Source: Podarcis cretensis (Eukaryota). Taken from it: DNA of 64,000 nt. Below the pieces are notes generated by a model that was given only the letters and a program-made list of their open reading frames with translations, made no database searches and was not told where the DNA came from. A program made the translations under genes and the position numbers. Positions 36,601 through 49,180 of the stretch are shown here, one piece after another. The stretch's first letter is position 1. Every line of letters begins with the position of its first letter. Location: assembly GCA_951804945.1 (NCBI GenBank), contig OX638152.1, positions 40,238,001 to 40,302,000 of the forward strand, given 5' to 3'.

Positions 36601-38388
36601 TAGCAAGACCCTCTGTGGATGCAGCCATTTTTACTTCCATATATGTACATGGTATGAAAAATAAGATGGCTGCATCTATGGGTTTGAAGTAGGCATACAT
36701 GGCTCATCTACCCAGGTGTCAGTGATACATGGTTAGCTCCTCCTTCCATGATCAAATCGTAGATAATAAAGATCTGATTCTGGGCTGAACAGGCATATGA
36801 TAACAGCACCACTAGTATCTATATTTTTGTCTCTGCAGTGTGTGTGGCATACGAAATTTGATATGCCAAAGATGTCTGGCTAAAACTCTAATCTTCTTAA
36901 CCACAGTCCAAGACAGATGGCCCCTACAAAAGCTGCATCCAAAACATCGAGGAGTGTTGTGTAAATTAAAAGAGGCGCAAAGAGTTCCTCTTATTGTTCA
37001 TCAAAAGTTGGCATATATTTACACCAAGAGAAACTTACCTTAAAAGATGACCCCTTATTTTGTTTTCTTTTTGAGCCCAATACAGCAATAATTGCTTCGG
37101 GTAAAGGCCCTATACCAAAACACACACAGGTAAGATGCTGTGAAAACATTTTCAGAATTATTAAAATTAATGTACTGTAGTTGTATTTTTTGCTTTTAAA
37201 TGAAAATCCGGTGAAACAGAGCAGTAGGAGAACACTGACTAATAGGCAGCTGATTAATGTCCCTACTGTTTCATATTAAGGGCAATGGAGGGATAAATTA
37301 TCATTTCCTGAAGCAGAATGGACCATGACAATAATGCAGACAATAACATACTAAAAGGTAATGTAAAATATAAGCTATGGAATAAAATGAAAGATATATG
37401 GAACCCCTTACTGAATACATGAATCTTAATGAAAGGCAATGTTATCCACTATCTTGTTCTGCTGCCTAAAATTGTTTGTCCCTTAAATCTGGAGCAGTGG
37501 GAGACAATGGACACTCATGAGCAATTTGGCTACACATTGTTTAAAGCCCTCTTGACATTTACTTTAATGCACACCTATATATAAGGAGTGAGAGGAAACT
37601 GAAACGGATTTATTGCATAGCCTGAGAGTGGAGAATATAAGGGTGCCTGGGAACTCTCATGCATGTCAAAAGATTAGAGTTCAATTCCCATAGTGATGTC
37701 TGATCTCCGTGTTTTGGTGGTTCCCCACATTCTTCCAGGTTGGGACTGGCTCCACTGGCATTTGCCCCCCTGAGGCCCTCCTGAATGGACTCAGAATGGC
37801 CCAATAAAGGTGGCATTCAACTAAGTTTTCCTCAGAGTAAGCCCATTAAAATTAATGGATCCTTGACTTAGTCATATTCATTGATTTCAGTGGCCCTGCA
37901 GAGGTTGCCTCTAAGTAGGCAACAGGCATCAAACAAAATGCAAACTAGAGAATACAGTAGGGAGACGTCTTTCTTAGCCCAAGGACCTCATTCCCTTTTG
38001 TGCCACCTTCTGAGGGCAGCATGCCAGTTGTGAGTGGGACCAGAGAAATGTAGGCCTAGCATGTGTATTTTACAGCAGACTGCTTTCTATACGCCAGAGA
38101 AGCATTTGGCATTATCAGAATCCAAGGACACGTTCTCGTCCAGCAAAACCACTTGCAGTGCAAAGCAGAGCCAGTGATGGCTGTGGCCTGGGGAGAGTTC
38201 AGAGAGCTGGATAGCACAACAATGTGCTCCCTCCCCTGGCAAAATTGCCTCCCATCCATGGAACACAGAAATGAAGACTAGGTAACTGCTAGAGACATGC
38301 ACACAGACCCAAGGAGTTGATTTGACTCAAAATACACTCATGGTTGTTCCAGCGCATCTCACACCTTAGGGAAGGTCTCAGCCTGAAA

Positions 38389-38594
38389 TATAGCAGCCAA
38401 CTCCTAGAGGCTAAGATCTTTTCACTCCTCCCAATAAAGATGCTGTGAAACTGGGGAAACTGGGGGACTGGGCCCCCCAAAGTTGAGGGGTATTGCTATT
38501 CAAATGGTGCATGTATGTAACATCATGTGATTGATTATGTGGGGTGGGGCTTACCTACCCTCCCCCCAATATTTTATTCAGGTTGGCACCCCTG
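38389..38594. mobile_element. hAT MITE
   Basis: TATAGCAGCCAA...TTGGCACCCCTG; TSD GCCTGAAA/GCCTGCAA; inverted homolog at 61766-61953. Confidence 0.8.
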
Positions 38595-41500
38595 GCCTGC
38601 AATTGGAAATGTTTCCTATCCCTCCTTTAGCTATGAAGAAACACAACAGTATAGTGCCACTGAAAATCAGGACAATAGACTGTGTTTGTAAAAATACCAT
38701 CCTATATGTTTAATGCCAGGACATTTTGTGCAGTTAATTTTGTGGTTTGTCTATAAAGGGGCTAATGGGTTTTCACCCAGTTTTGTTTCAGCCTTTAGAT
38801 GCATCTCAACGGCAATTCTAAATGCACTCTGTTAGATCCAAGGGTCTCAAATTGACGTAATGGTTGGTTAACAAAAGATTACCGCAGCAGGAGAATTTTT
38901 TCCTTGGTTTTCATGTGTAATCCTAACTGGCATTGTGCCACTAATTCTTTACTTTCTCATCTAGATCACATATTGGGGCCAGGGAAAGAAGCACAGTTCC
39001 GATCACCCTTGTACTCTGAAAAGGAGGTGATAACAAAATTGGCACAAAGCCTTTCCTTGCCTCAAGCACAGACCTGCTGGGCTCAGGATTTCTGAGCAGT
39101 TATGGCGATTTTCAAATTTTACAGCATGCAGATGCCTGTAGTGCCTAGGGAAACAGATACAACTGTCTCCTCTTACTCTCAGTTTATGCGTTTGTAGGAC
39201 TTTCAAGGTTGGGGGTGGCGGGTTAGGGTTAGGGTCACAAAAGAAACGTGTGATGTTTTGATCTGCACTTTGTCAGCAACGCACGGCACTCAGGCTGCAA
39301 CCAGAAAGGGTGTGCATGCAGAAGGCAGGCATCCACCACAGCTACTACTTCTTTCTGATTCATTCCTATAGATCTTAACATAGGAGCTTCATTGAAGATG
39401 AACACACAAACACACACAAAACCCCACAACCCCCCACCATGAGCAAACTTCAAAGCTGTTTACAAAAAGAATAAAATAATGATACCATTAGCAAAAACAG
39501 TTAAAAACAATTATTTCAAACATTTTTAAAATCATCATCATCATCATCAACTTTAAGCTAAAAGGCATGGATGAAAACACATGTCAACATCTACGTACCT
39601 GGGTAGGCTTGCCTATACAGAAATGCTTTTAGCAGGTCATTAGTGGACCTAGGGCATGCTGGACATACAACACTAGTAAATTATATTTTTAAAAGCATTT
39701 CTTGCTTCCAAGGAGGGTTGCAAGAAGAGCTGGTGAGGGGTGTGGCCTGGGAGGAGGTGTGGTCTACGGAGAGTCCTGAGGGTTAGATGGAGAGAAACGT
39801 ATTTGACCTCTGAGGCTCCTCATAATGAAAAGATTTATTTATAGCATATGTGCAATTATCCTGGTGACTTGATGTACTTTAGTTTTCTGTTAAAGGCAAT
39901 GCTTTCTGCTAAAGGCTATGGCAATATATATATATCTTGTACACACCCTGCTTTGAGGCACTTGGGTGAAAAAATGTGACTCATAAATTATATATCCTTG
40001 TGAGAGGTCTGGATGAGGCCTAGTGCTAAGCAGGAACTGAGTTCTGTTGGGCATCCTTGGCCCCTGGAACCAAGAGAATGGGTATGTTCACCCAAGCAGG
40101 CACGGCATCTAGCTGCTTTCTCCTGCCCAGCCTCTTCCTGCACAACAGTCCAAAGTCTATTTGCAGTTTTCAGCACCTCCTAGCCAGTGATGTTTAGGAC
40201 TTGCCCGTTCTGCCAGCTTTAATCGCTTACCTTGCCTTCGTTGCGAGACAGCAGCAGATAATGCTGCTCAGCCAGGCTGGGAGGGCATGAAATTGTGTTA
40301 AGCAACGCTCAAGGAAATGACTGGATTTGCTCCTTCGGTGTAAGTGTCTAAATGTTTTTGAAATTGTAATTTTCCTGTGCCGTTATGTGTAAAGGTGACC
40401 GCTCCATGTTAGACCCTCAGCAGTTCTGTGCTCGACAGCTAATCAGGTTGATTCATTTGGTGATGTGGGCAGCGAGCTCCCTCTCTCTCCTTTTCCCTCT
40501 CAGCAGTTATAAACAGGACTGAGTTCTTCTCTGACTCATGGGGATATAATACTACCTAGTTCTTTTTAAAGGAACATATTAGAAATATAGAGCTGGCTGA
40601 GAAATACTGCAGAGACATTCAGGGTTCTATTTTTGTAGCAGGCAATATCATTATCGAGAGAAGCTAACATGATGCCTGTTATTAAGTCTGTCGGTAGCTT
40701 TAAAGTTGAGTAGGAGCTATTATTGCCAGTCAAGCAGGTGCTCCTCCTGGAGCAAAAGCTTTGGTGATTTCTGGCCCACGCTTTCGGATATATATTCCCA
40801 CAATCAGGCCATGTTTACTAATTGCAGAAGCATTAGCACCAACAAGCCGAAGGCTGATAGAACGTTACCCAGCTCAACCACATGATGGCATTCATCACTC
40901 AAAGAAACATAGGTCTTAGTGGGAGGATGCTGGTGAATGGCAACGAACTTTTCTCTCTTGGTATTGAGGGTTTATTTTCCCTAGCTGCTGTTTTGATGTG
41001 AAATTTAGTTAAATCACAGGGATGGAAGAAAGATGCAGTGGCTGCTTCTGTCACGAGTGGGAATTGAGATTGCCCAAAACCAGGGAAAGGGGGAAATGAA
41101 GAGCTGAGACTGAATTTAGGTATGAAAACCCACACATTTAAGAGTATCAGGAATTGCAATGCTGCCACTGAGAAATCTCTGTCCCATTTGCCCCATACTA
41201 TTAGTAAACCATTGATGGAAAGACCTTAGAGTTGCTTGCAGCCTATGAATAGTTAGGGATTTTTCAGGAAGAAGTTGGCCTTGGTCTTGAGATAATCATA
41301 TGCAACAAGGGGTGGCAAGCAACTAGCGGAACTTGGGGTAATCATTGTGCGAACTGGGTCTAAAGAGCAGAGGGAGTCAGGGGGTGCAAATTTACATCTG
41401 CAGTGCAAGACACAGTCTGTTTCATACACTGGCTAGACAGCATCTAGGTATGCAGCTGGGAAGTATTCATAACACATCTGTGTATGAGCCTAATTTCCCA

Positions 41501-42321
41501 TCTGTTGAGTGCTGCATGCATGGCTTGTGATCTAGTAGGCATCTAGTTATAGTTGCTGATGCAACAGAAGACTCTACATAACAACCTGCTTACATACAGC
41601 TTTATCTTGCTGGATTTCAATATCTGTTTGTTCTTCTCTGGTGACTTCTAGAGTAAATTCACCTTGGTTCACCTTGATTCCTGCTATGTGTGTCTCTGGT
41701 CAATGATTGCAGACTACCCCTTGAATGTGAAAATATGTAGTCTTCATTTAATAATATTGCATTGTATTTTTAGGTTATTTGTTGAACAGACAAATGAACA
41801 AATACAAAGGTAAAAGGAAGAAATGGAATAGGTGGATAGATAAGAAAACTGGGAGGAAAAGGGAGGAAAAAGAAAAGGAAGAGGGAAGGAAGGAAGGAGT
41901 GAGGGACCAAGAAACAAGAAGAACATGCTTGTGATTCCTTGGTAGCTCTGTGTAAACTCTTTTATAGTGCATGCCTATGCGTTCCTACTCTGAAATAAGT
42001 CCAAATGAGGTGAATGGAGCTTACTTTCAGGCATAGGATTTGCAGTCTTTCTATTTACAGTAAATGCATTTAACCTTAAGAGTCATGCAGTTTATAGGAC
42101 TGCAGTGTTTATGCTTCTGTATATTTCATAATAGCCCAAAGAACCAGAAAAGCTTGAAGAATTCAGTATTTGGGTTCCTATATGAAATTTTCTGATCCAC
42201 ACGTGTCAGACTAATGTGTGGACTTGAACTTACTTAGCCACCAGATTTTGCATTTCTCAAAATATTGTAATGCAGTTGTTGACAATGAATATGTAGCCTA
42301 TTTGAAACTGCATTTAAATTA

Positions 42322-42576
42322 CCATATATTTTGCTCTATGACTCACTTTTTTCCTCCTAAAAAGTAAGGGGAAATGTGTGTGTGTCTTATGGAGTGAATG
42401 CTGGCTGCACAGCTATCCCAGAAGCCAGAACAGCAAGAGGGATTGCTGCTTTCACTGCGCAGCGATCCCTCTTGCTTTCTGGCTTCTGAGATTCAGAATA
42501 TTTTTTTTCTTGTTTCCTCCTCCAAAAACTAGGTGTGTCTTGTGGTCTGGTGCATCTTATAGAGCGAAAAATACGG
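42322..42576. mobile_element. Tc1/mariner-superfamily (Tc2-like) MITE with internal hairpin
   Basis: TA|CCATATATTTTGCTCTAT...ATAGAGCGAAAAATACGG|TA. Confidence 0.85.
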
Positions 42577-44475
42577 TAAATTAATTTTTAAGAAGAGTTT
42601 TTAAAATAAAAACATAGCTAACTCTGGAATGATATTATGGGTATGACATATGAACATGATATGGACTGAGAAGATGTCCATTGTGAGCAATGCGCATTTC
42701 CAAGACGGTGATTTGATTTAATATTTATACAGTATTCTGCTTTTCAACAACAAATATTGAGCTAAAAGTGGCTCACAATAATCACAATATCATTAAAAAA
42801 ACAAGAAAACATTGCAGTCACTATACTATCAAACACAATAGCATATAAATTGTCAGTATATGGAAACATCACCGCTGCAGTCAGCCAGTTTGTTGACATC
42901 ACATGATGCGCTTATCTGTGGGAAAGAAGAATTTCCCAGGACGTTCAGAGGCTGGATAAGTCTCGGTGAAGAGTGTAATTTAAAACCTTCTGTGAGCGCA
43001 TGTACAGGAAGTTTGTCAGACTTGCTGGAAGAACTGAACTGAAAGGACGTGTTTTTCTCTAGTGCTGTAATGTCAGAAATAAACATTATGTAAATAGATT
43101 TCTGACTTATTTTCTTTCCCCTGCGGAAGCAGGAGGAGGGAGGGGTTGTGCATTTTGCCCATGCTTGGGAAAATGTCGCCTATCAAAATCTCCCTGGTCT
43201 GTCCGAGATATCAGCCAGAGGAGGTTACCGGTAAGCAAGCTCCGAGGACAGTGAGGCGGGCCAGCCTCTATGGAGGGGGCTTGCAAACCGACATAAATAA
43301 AGCAAATAACAACAAATCCATCAAAACAATTAATACAATTCTAGAAAGTCAGAGTGATTCAAAATATCAGAAAGAGCTGCTGAGCACCAGTCTGGTGTCA
43401 TCCTCTCTCTGGGACTTCTCATTTTGCTGAGGGCAGCAGACAGCACACTTCCAGGCAGTAAGATCTGTCATGGTTTTTAATCTTGACTTCTTTTTCACCT
43501 TCTATGGGTCCACAGGTGGGAACTCTTAGTATAGGTCTTGCTGCAAACAATGTAGATGTGGGTGGCAGGCAGTTTGCAGGGCCAGGAGCAAGAGCCCCAA
43601 TTGGGCTTGGCTTCCAGAAGTTCCAGCGGTGAGGAGACTCACTGGGGTGGTGTACTGGCTATCAACTTTTTTTATAAAAAACCACCTGCTCATGGCCAGG
43701 AACCAAAGTTCCGCATGAAGTATTATGTATGCACACTGAGACTTGTAATCTCTTTCTTTGAGGAGAAGCCCTTTGCACACTGAGAGTACCCACATAAAGG
43801 TTAGGGAGCCTAGAGACTTTCCAGAGAAGTACTTTCTGAAGTCATGGAAATGGGCTTTTTTTGGGTGGAGGGGAGTCTCATCTGGCTCTGCTGCTTTTGC
43901 TGGCAGTAGCTTAGATCCAAATACCTTGCTGTATGAATGGAAATCATTCCATTCATTCCACTCGTTCACTGAGGGGGCCTGCCATTTTCTCCCAATCTTA
44001 GTGCATGGCAAAGTACTGCTCCAGAAGTCTTAATCTGTATCTGTGGAGGGAGTGTGCAGGTGTGCACATCACCTCTTCCATCACTGACCTTTTTTGCATT
44101 AAGCTGGGAAGTCTGGATGAGGATTGGAAGGGTATTCAGTCAAATGCACTAACAATCTCCCTCACAATCCAGAAGCCCGATCACACAGAGTATGGGAGGA
44201 CTGTAAATGTTTTCAGCCAAAGGTCCAGACAATTCACTCAGTCTTTCCCACTGAGTACATGAAGGTCAAGGGTGGAGGGAGCAGCATCAACACAGCCATC
44301 CATGGATTGAAGAGTGAAAATGCTTGAAGAAGGCTACGGTGTTTCGTAGAGGTGGGCATTTAAAAACAACAGCACCATTTCAAATATCATATTTCTTAAA
44401 TTTTTTAAATCTAACAGAGCTCTGGGCTCTTTGGGGAGGGTAGGCAAAATATTATTATTATTATTGGTAGTAGTA

Positions 44476-44845
44476 AAAAGGTAAAGGTACCCCTGCCCGT
44501 ACGGGCCAGTCTTGACAGACTCTGGGGTTGTGCGCCCATCTCACTTAAGAGGCCAGGGGCCAGCGCTGTCCGGAGACACTTCCGGGTCACGTGGCCAGCG
44601 TGACATCGCTGCTCTGGCCAGAGCCAGAGCCAGAGCCAGAGCCGCACACGGAAACGCCGTTTACCTTCCCGCTGGTAAGCGGTCCCTATTTATCTACTTG
44701 CACCCGGAGGTGCTTTCGAACTGCTAGGTTGGCAGGCGCTGGGACCGAGCAGCGGGAGCGCACCCCGCCGCAGGGATTCGAACCGCCGACCTTTCGATCG
44801 GCAAGCCCTAGGCGCTGAGGCTTTAACCCACAGCGCCACCTGCGT
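44476..44845 (-). mobile_element. Sauria SINE (Squam1), young subfamily
   Basis: Near-identical reverse complement of 63115-63477; intact CpGs; B box; (ACCTTT)n tail; about 40-bp TSD. Confidence 0.96.
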
Positions 44846-45601
44846 GAGGGTAGGCAAAATATTATTATTATTATTATTGGTAGTAGTAGTAAGTAGTATT
44901 AACCTGGGTCCTAGCCTCAAAAGCATGCTTGTCATTTGTGTTTGAGATGTAGCAAAATGATTTCTGATGGGCTTGGGAGATCCCATGCATTCAAGAGCCA
45001 TTTAATAAGTGGCTTTCGGATTCTAGGTGTGAATTGGCAAAAAGAGAAAAAGGGAGACAAAGAAGAAAAGATAAAACACCACCTACTACTTTATGGTTCC
45101 CACTTTTAATGCAAAGCATTCTGATCACTGGAGTGAATATGAAAAAAATCAAAGTCATCAAACTGCATCTGACATTGTTAGTAAACATTGAGCAGTTACA
45201 TTTCCTGTGACACTTACACTTCTCTCTCCATCTCTCTCTCTCTCCACACTCAAGGCTTTTTGTTTCCTCTTCCCACTGCATCTGACAAGCTGATTCCAGA
45301 GGCCAATGACAACATCCATGTCTCTTTCAAGCTGAGTGCATTTGTTATGCATTTGAGAGGGTTACCTTCCTGCCCTTGGGTATCTAGTCACGCAATGTGA
45401 AAAAATGCAGGAGTTCATGGGCTGCTGAGTGCTCAGACATGGCACTTTCCTAAGTGAAGGCAACTAGCGAGCAAGTGCAGCAATTAGAGATTTATGAAAA
45501 CAGTTTCCCCCCACTGGGATATCTTGATGATTGCACTGATCACAAAGCAAGATTTGTTTGCAGGGAGTTTAGAGGATGTAGCAGCAAGCAGCTGTTATAC
45601 C

Positions 45602-45745
45602 CAGTGCTTTTCTCCTAGAAAAAAACCGGTGCTGGTACTCATCATGAAGTTGTTACAGTAACTGCCACACTTTTAATGTGCTTTTCTTCGAGAAAAAAAG
45701 GTGTTAGTACTGCGTACCCTTGGGTACCCCCAGAAAAAAGCATTG
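45602..45745. mobile_element. hAT MITE, 144 bp
   Basis: CAGTGCTTTT...AAAAGCATTG; perfect 8-bp TSD GTTATACC; related to 27343-27486. Confidence 0.88.
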
Positions 45746-47787
45746 GTTATACCAACTTTTCAGTTCATTTCCCAGTCATGTTCCTTCCAGAGAAAAAATC
45801 AGATTTTGGAGGATTTGTTGCATGAGAGTGCCAAATCTGCTTTAATTGCACAACTTGCTGGTATGTGATTAAATCCCACTTGCAAAATAGTGACAGTCTA
45901 GTGCTCTTGGAATTCATGCACCTCAGAGTTTTATAAACAAGCAGACTGTCAATAGGTTAAAAATTCTAGTCATTTTAATAGCCATTCCATTATGCATCTT
46001 TTCACTTTTGTAGAATGTGGAATCAGAAAAAACAGATACCTGGCGTGCCTAAATATGCTCATGTGAAAATGAAGCCAGTATTACAAGATGCAGTAAGAAG
46101 TTACATATAGTTACTAAAGATTAAGATGATTTTGAAACTGTTTAAAAAGAGAGAGGGAGGGGAAGAGGGAAGAGAGGAGGAGAGATTCAAAGCACTGAAT
46201 GTGACCTAGGTGAACATTAATCAGAGATAATCCCGAATTATTCTGTAAGTGACTGTAATACTTGACAGGGGTCTTGGATTGCCTGACCTAGAATTTGAAG
46301 CATTTCCCTTATCCATAAAAGCATCACAGCATGGGCAGTGGTGAGGCAAGCTGCTAGACCTTTGGATTCACAGGGTGTACAAGAGGACTTTATATCCAGA
46401 TCTTATATCCAAACATTTAGTGCTTTGGGGCAAGCATTGTAGTGTGGGTGACACTCTTTTTCTTCTCTTTTACTGTCTGTCTCCAAGCACATGGTTCCCT
46501 GTGCTGCTTAGCAAGATGCCACATGTGCTGTGTGCCTGGCAGCAATCAAATGCACCGAATCAGCACATTACACATCTAAATAAACCCACCTGCAGAGATA
46601 TCCTCTGTGATCCTAGCTGAGGTGCCAGATCAGCCCTTATTACGGCATTTCATTGCAGCTATTCATATGCACAGACAGGGTGGTTTAAAATCCCCTCTGG
46701 AAACAACAAGACTTGCACCCTGCTGTCCCAACAGCCATGGCAAAAACAAAACAAAGGTTGTCTAAGGTTGGTCTGCACAGAAGAGACCAATAGAAAGGAT
46801 TATGCTTTTGGCTGTCGGGAAGCCATAGACATTTGAAGAGAGCTCACTGCTGCTGCTTAGCAATTATTACAAATTATTGTAGCTAGAACAGGGGGAGGGG
46901 GAGAGGGGAGCTTTATCTTCACAAATAACATTGCTGCTCTGAAATGAGGAGTTGCCAGTGACTTGGGTTGCAGTGATAATTTTTAGTTGGCCTCCCTCCA
47001 TCCATCACAGGGAATAACACCTGGCAAACTGCTTGGTTCCAGCCAACTCTTGTTAACCTTTCAGCCTTCACAATAACTATCAGCAGGGACAAACTTGGTG
47101 CCACAAATAAACTGGCATTCAGAACTCTCCACCAGCTAATAATGGTGCATGACTTTTCAACACGAAAGGAAACAAAAATGTTCTGTTTAATTAGACAAAA
47201 GAAGTCCTCAAATATCACACTGCTGTCGAACAGAATTGCACACAATGATAAACAGGCTTTGTGGTTAGCTTTGGCATCAATGCATATTTTCTCTCTCCAC
47301 TTCCCTTAAGCATTTTAAAAATTCTGTTTCGAAAATAAAGCAAGGACAGTCCTTGAGGATGCTTGTGGAAAGAAACAGCTACATTTCAGCCTTTTCTAAA
47401 CTTCCCATCATTGCATTTGTTCATTGGGTTGCCAGAAGAATGAGCAATTTACTTTCACCCTTTGGTTGGCTATGCAATTTCCTCCTGAAGGACCTGTTGA
47501 CTGTGATTTATTCACTTTCCTGAGCAACAGCTTAATATACTTCGGAAGGAAGAGACAGCACTTTTAGTACTAGTGGTTTGCCTTGTAAGGGCCCATTAGA
47601 GGGATCATTCTGGTGCTACCAGTTCTCTCTCTGCACTATCTTCAAGTTCCTGGAAGGAAGCAGCCCTGGATGTTTCACTAGGCATCACTCAATTCCAAAA
47701 TAACAGTTCAGAAAGAGAAGTCTGAGTGCAGTGTCTTGGTTTCAGCGTGCTGAAGGCCAGGACCTTATTATTTTTTGTCGAAGAAGC

Positions 47788-47835
47788 TAGGGTTGCCATA
47801 CGTCCAGGAAATCCCGGACATGTCCTCTTTTGTGG
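47788..47835. mobile_element. hAT (Blackjack-type) terminal fragment
   Basis: TAGGGTTGCCATACGTCCAGGAAATCCCGGACA end motif. Confidence 0.5.
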
Positions 47836-48130
47836 GGGCTACATGCCCATCCAGGGATATATTTACATCATATGATGGGTAGGGGTGAAAACTACAAATG
47901 TGCCAATATGTGTCTTCTGTTGGTGCAGTTCTTGGTTTTTAAACTACATGCACTTTAATCATCTGCCTCATCGTGATGCGTAAGTCCTGCTGGGCCATCC
48001 CATAGTAAGTAGGCCCAGCCACACATAGTGGGAACAAAAAGGGAAACCCACCGAATATCCTACTTCTGCCCCTTAAAATCTGCTGCCATAAGCAACCGCT
48101 TGAACCAAACCCTAGAAATGGGGGTTTTAC

Positions 48131-48325
48131 AACATAGGAGCATAGAAAGCTGCCTTACACCAAGTTGACTATTGGTCCATCTAACTCAGTATAGTCTATG
48201 ACTGGCAGCAGCTCTCCAGCATTTTGGCCAAGGAACATTCCCAGCCCTACCAAGAGATGCTGGGGATTGCACCTGGGACTTTCTGCATGTGAAGCAGATG
48301 CTCCACCACTGAGCTATGGCAATTC
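48131..48325 (-). mobile_element. tRNA-Ala-derived SINE (Squam2-like), full length
   Basis: Reverse strand CCATAGCTCAGTGGTGGAGCATCTGCTTCACATGCAGAAAGTCCCAGGTGCAATCCC head; tail GGCAGCTTTCTATGCTCCTATG. Confidence 0.85.
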
Positions 48326-49091
48326 CTGAAACAAGAATGTGCTTGCTCTTTAAATGGTATATACAGTGTATCTGGTACAAAGTGCCTTTCGCCACCAGAA
48401 GCTAGCATACCAGCTTGGTCCCTTACTGGACAGAGCAAATATGGCCTTAGCTATCATACTTTGGCTTTCTAAGCTGACATGTTATGGCCATTGCAAATAT
48501 GCTTCAATTTATTTAACTGGCTGGTGTTTTGGCTTCATTGATGTATTTAATATGCCTTGTTTTTGTGCGTTTGATCTCTCCATTCGGTGGAAAGGCAGGA
48601 TATAAATTTAGCAAATCTAGAAGCAATAATTGAATACTGTACAGATACAGGAAATCTGACTCCTTAAAGAGAGACTGGGTACTCTGTGGCCTCCCAAATG
48701 TTGTTGAACTCCTATCAATTCCAGTCAGCATGGGTGAGAATGGTGGGAGTTGTAGCCCAATAACTTCGAAGGCCAAAGATCCCCCCCTCATCCCTGCCTT
48801 TAACCAGTGTGGAATCGAGTGGAATTGAACATCCTGCTCATCCAATTGTTCCATCGGCACAAGCATTCCAGCTTGTGACAGAATGATATCCCTTCTTGCA
48901 TGTTGTCTCTCAACCTCACCAGATCCATTTGGGTTTTTTTTTGGGGGGGGGTCATTGGGGTACATGGAGTGAGGAGAAGGGGGAAGCCCCATTGCATAAG
49001 TAGAAATCATTGCCCAGGGTTCCCACTGATGGAGGAAACCGACCCTTAGTTTTTAAGCTGGTTTTGTTGTATTTATGTATAATGCTTGTTG

Positions 49092-49180
49092 TAGGGTTGC
49101 CATGATATTTCAAAAAGTAAAAACCAGGACATCCCAAAAGTTATTGAGACCCTGGAAAATCCGGACATATGTCCTCCCTG
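49092..49180. mobile_element. hAT (Blackjack-type) short MITE
   Basis: TAGGGTTGCCA...CCGGACATATGTCCTCCCTG; no clear TSD. Confidence 0.5.

Noticed and set aside
43526-44011. 161-aa minus-strand ORF (and the 165-aa ORF at 48513-49010)
   Set aside because: No recognisable domain; the second spans MITE and L2 fragments; such lengths can occur by chance in 64 kb
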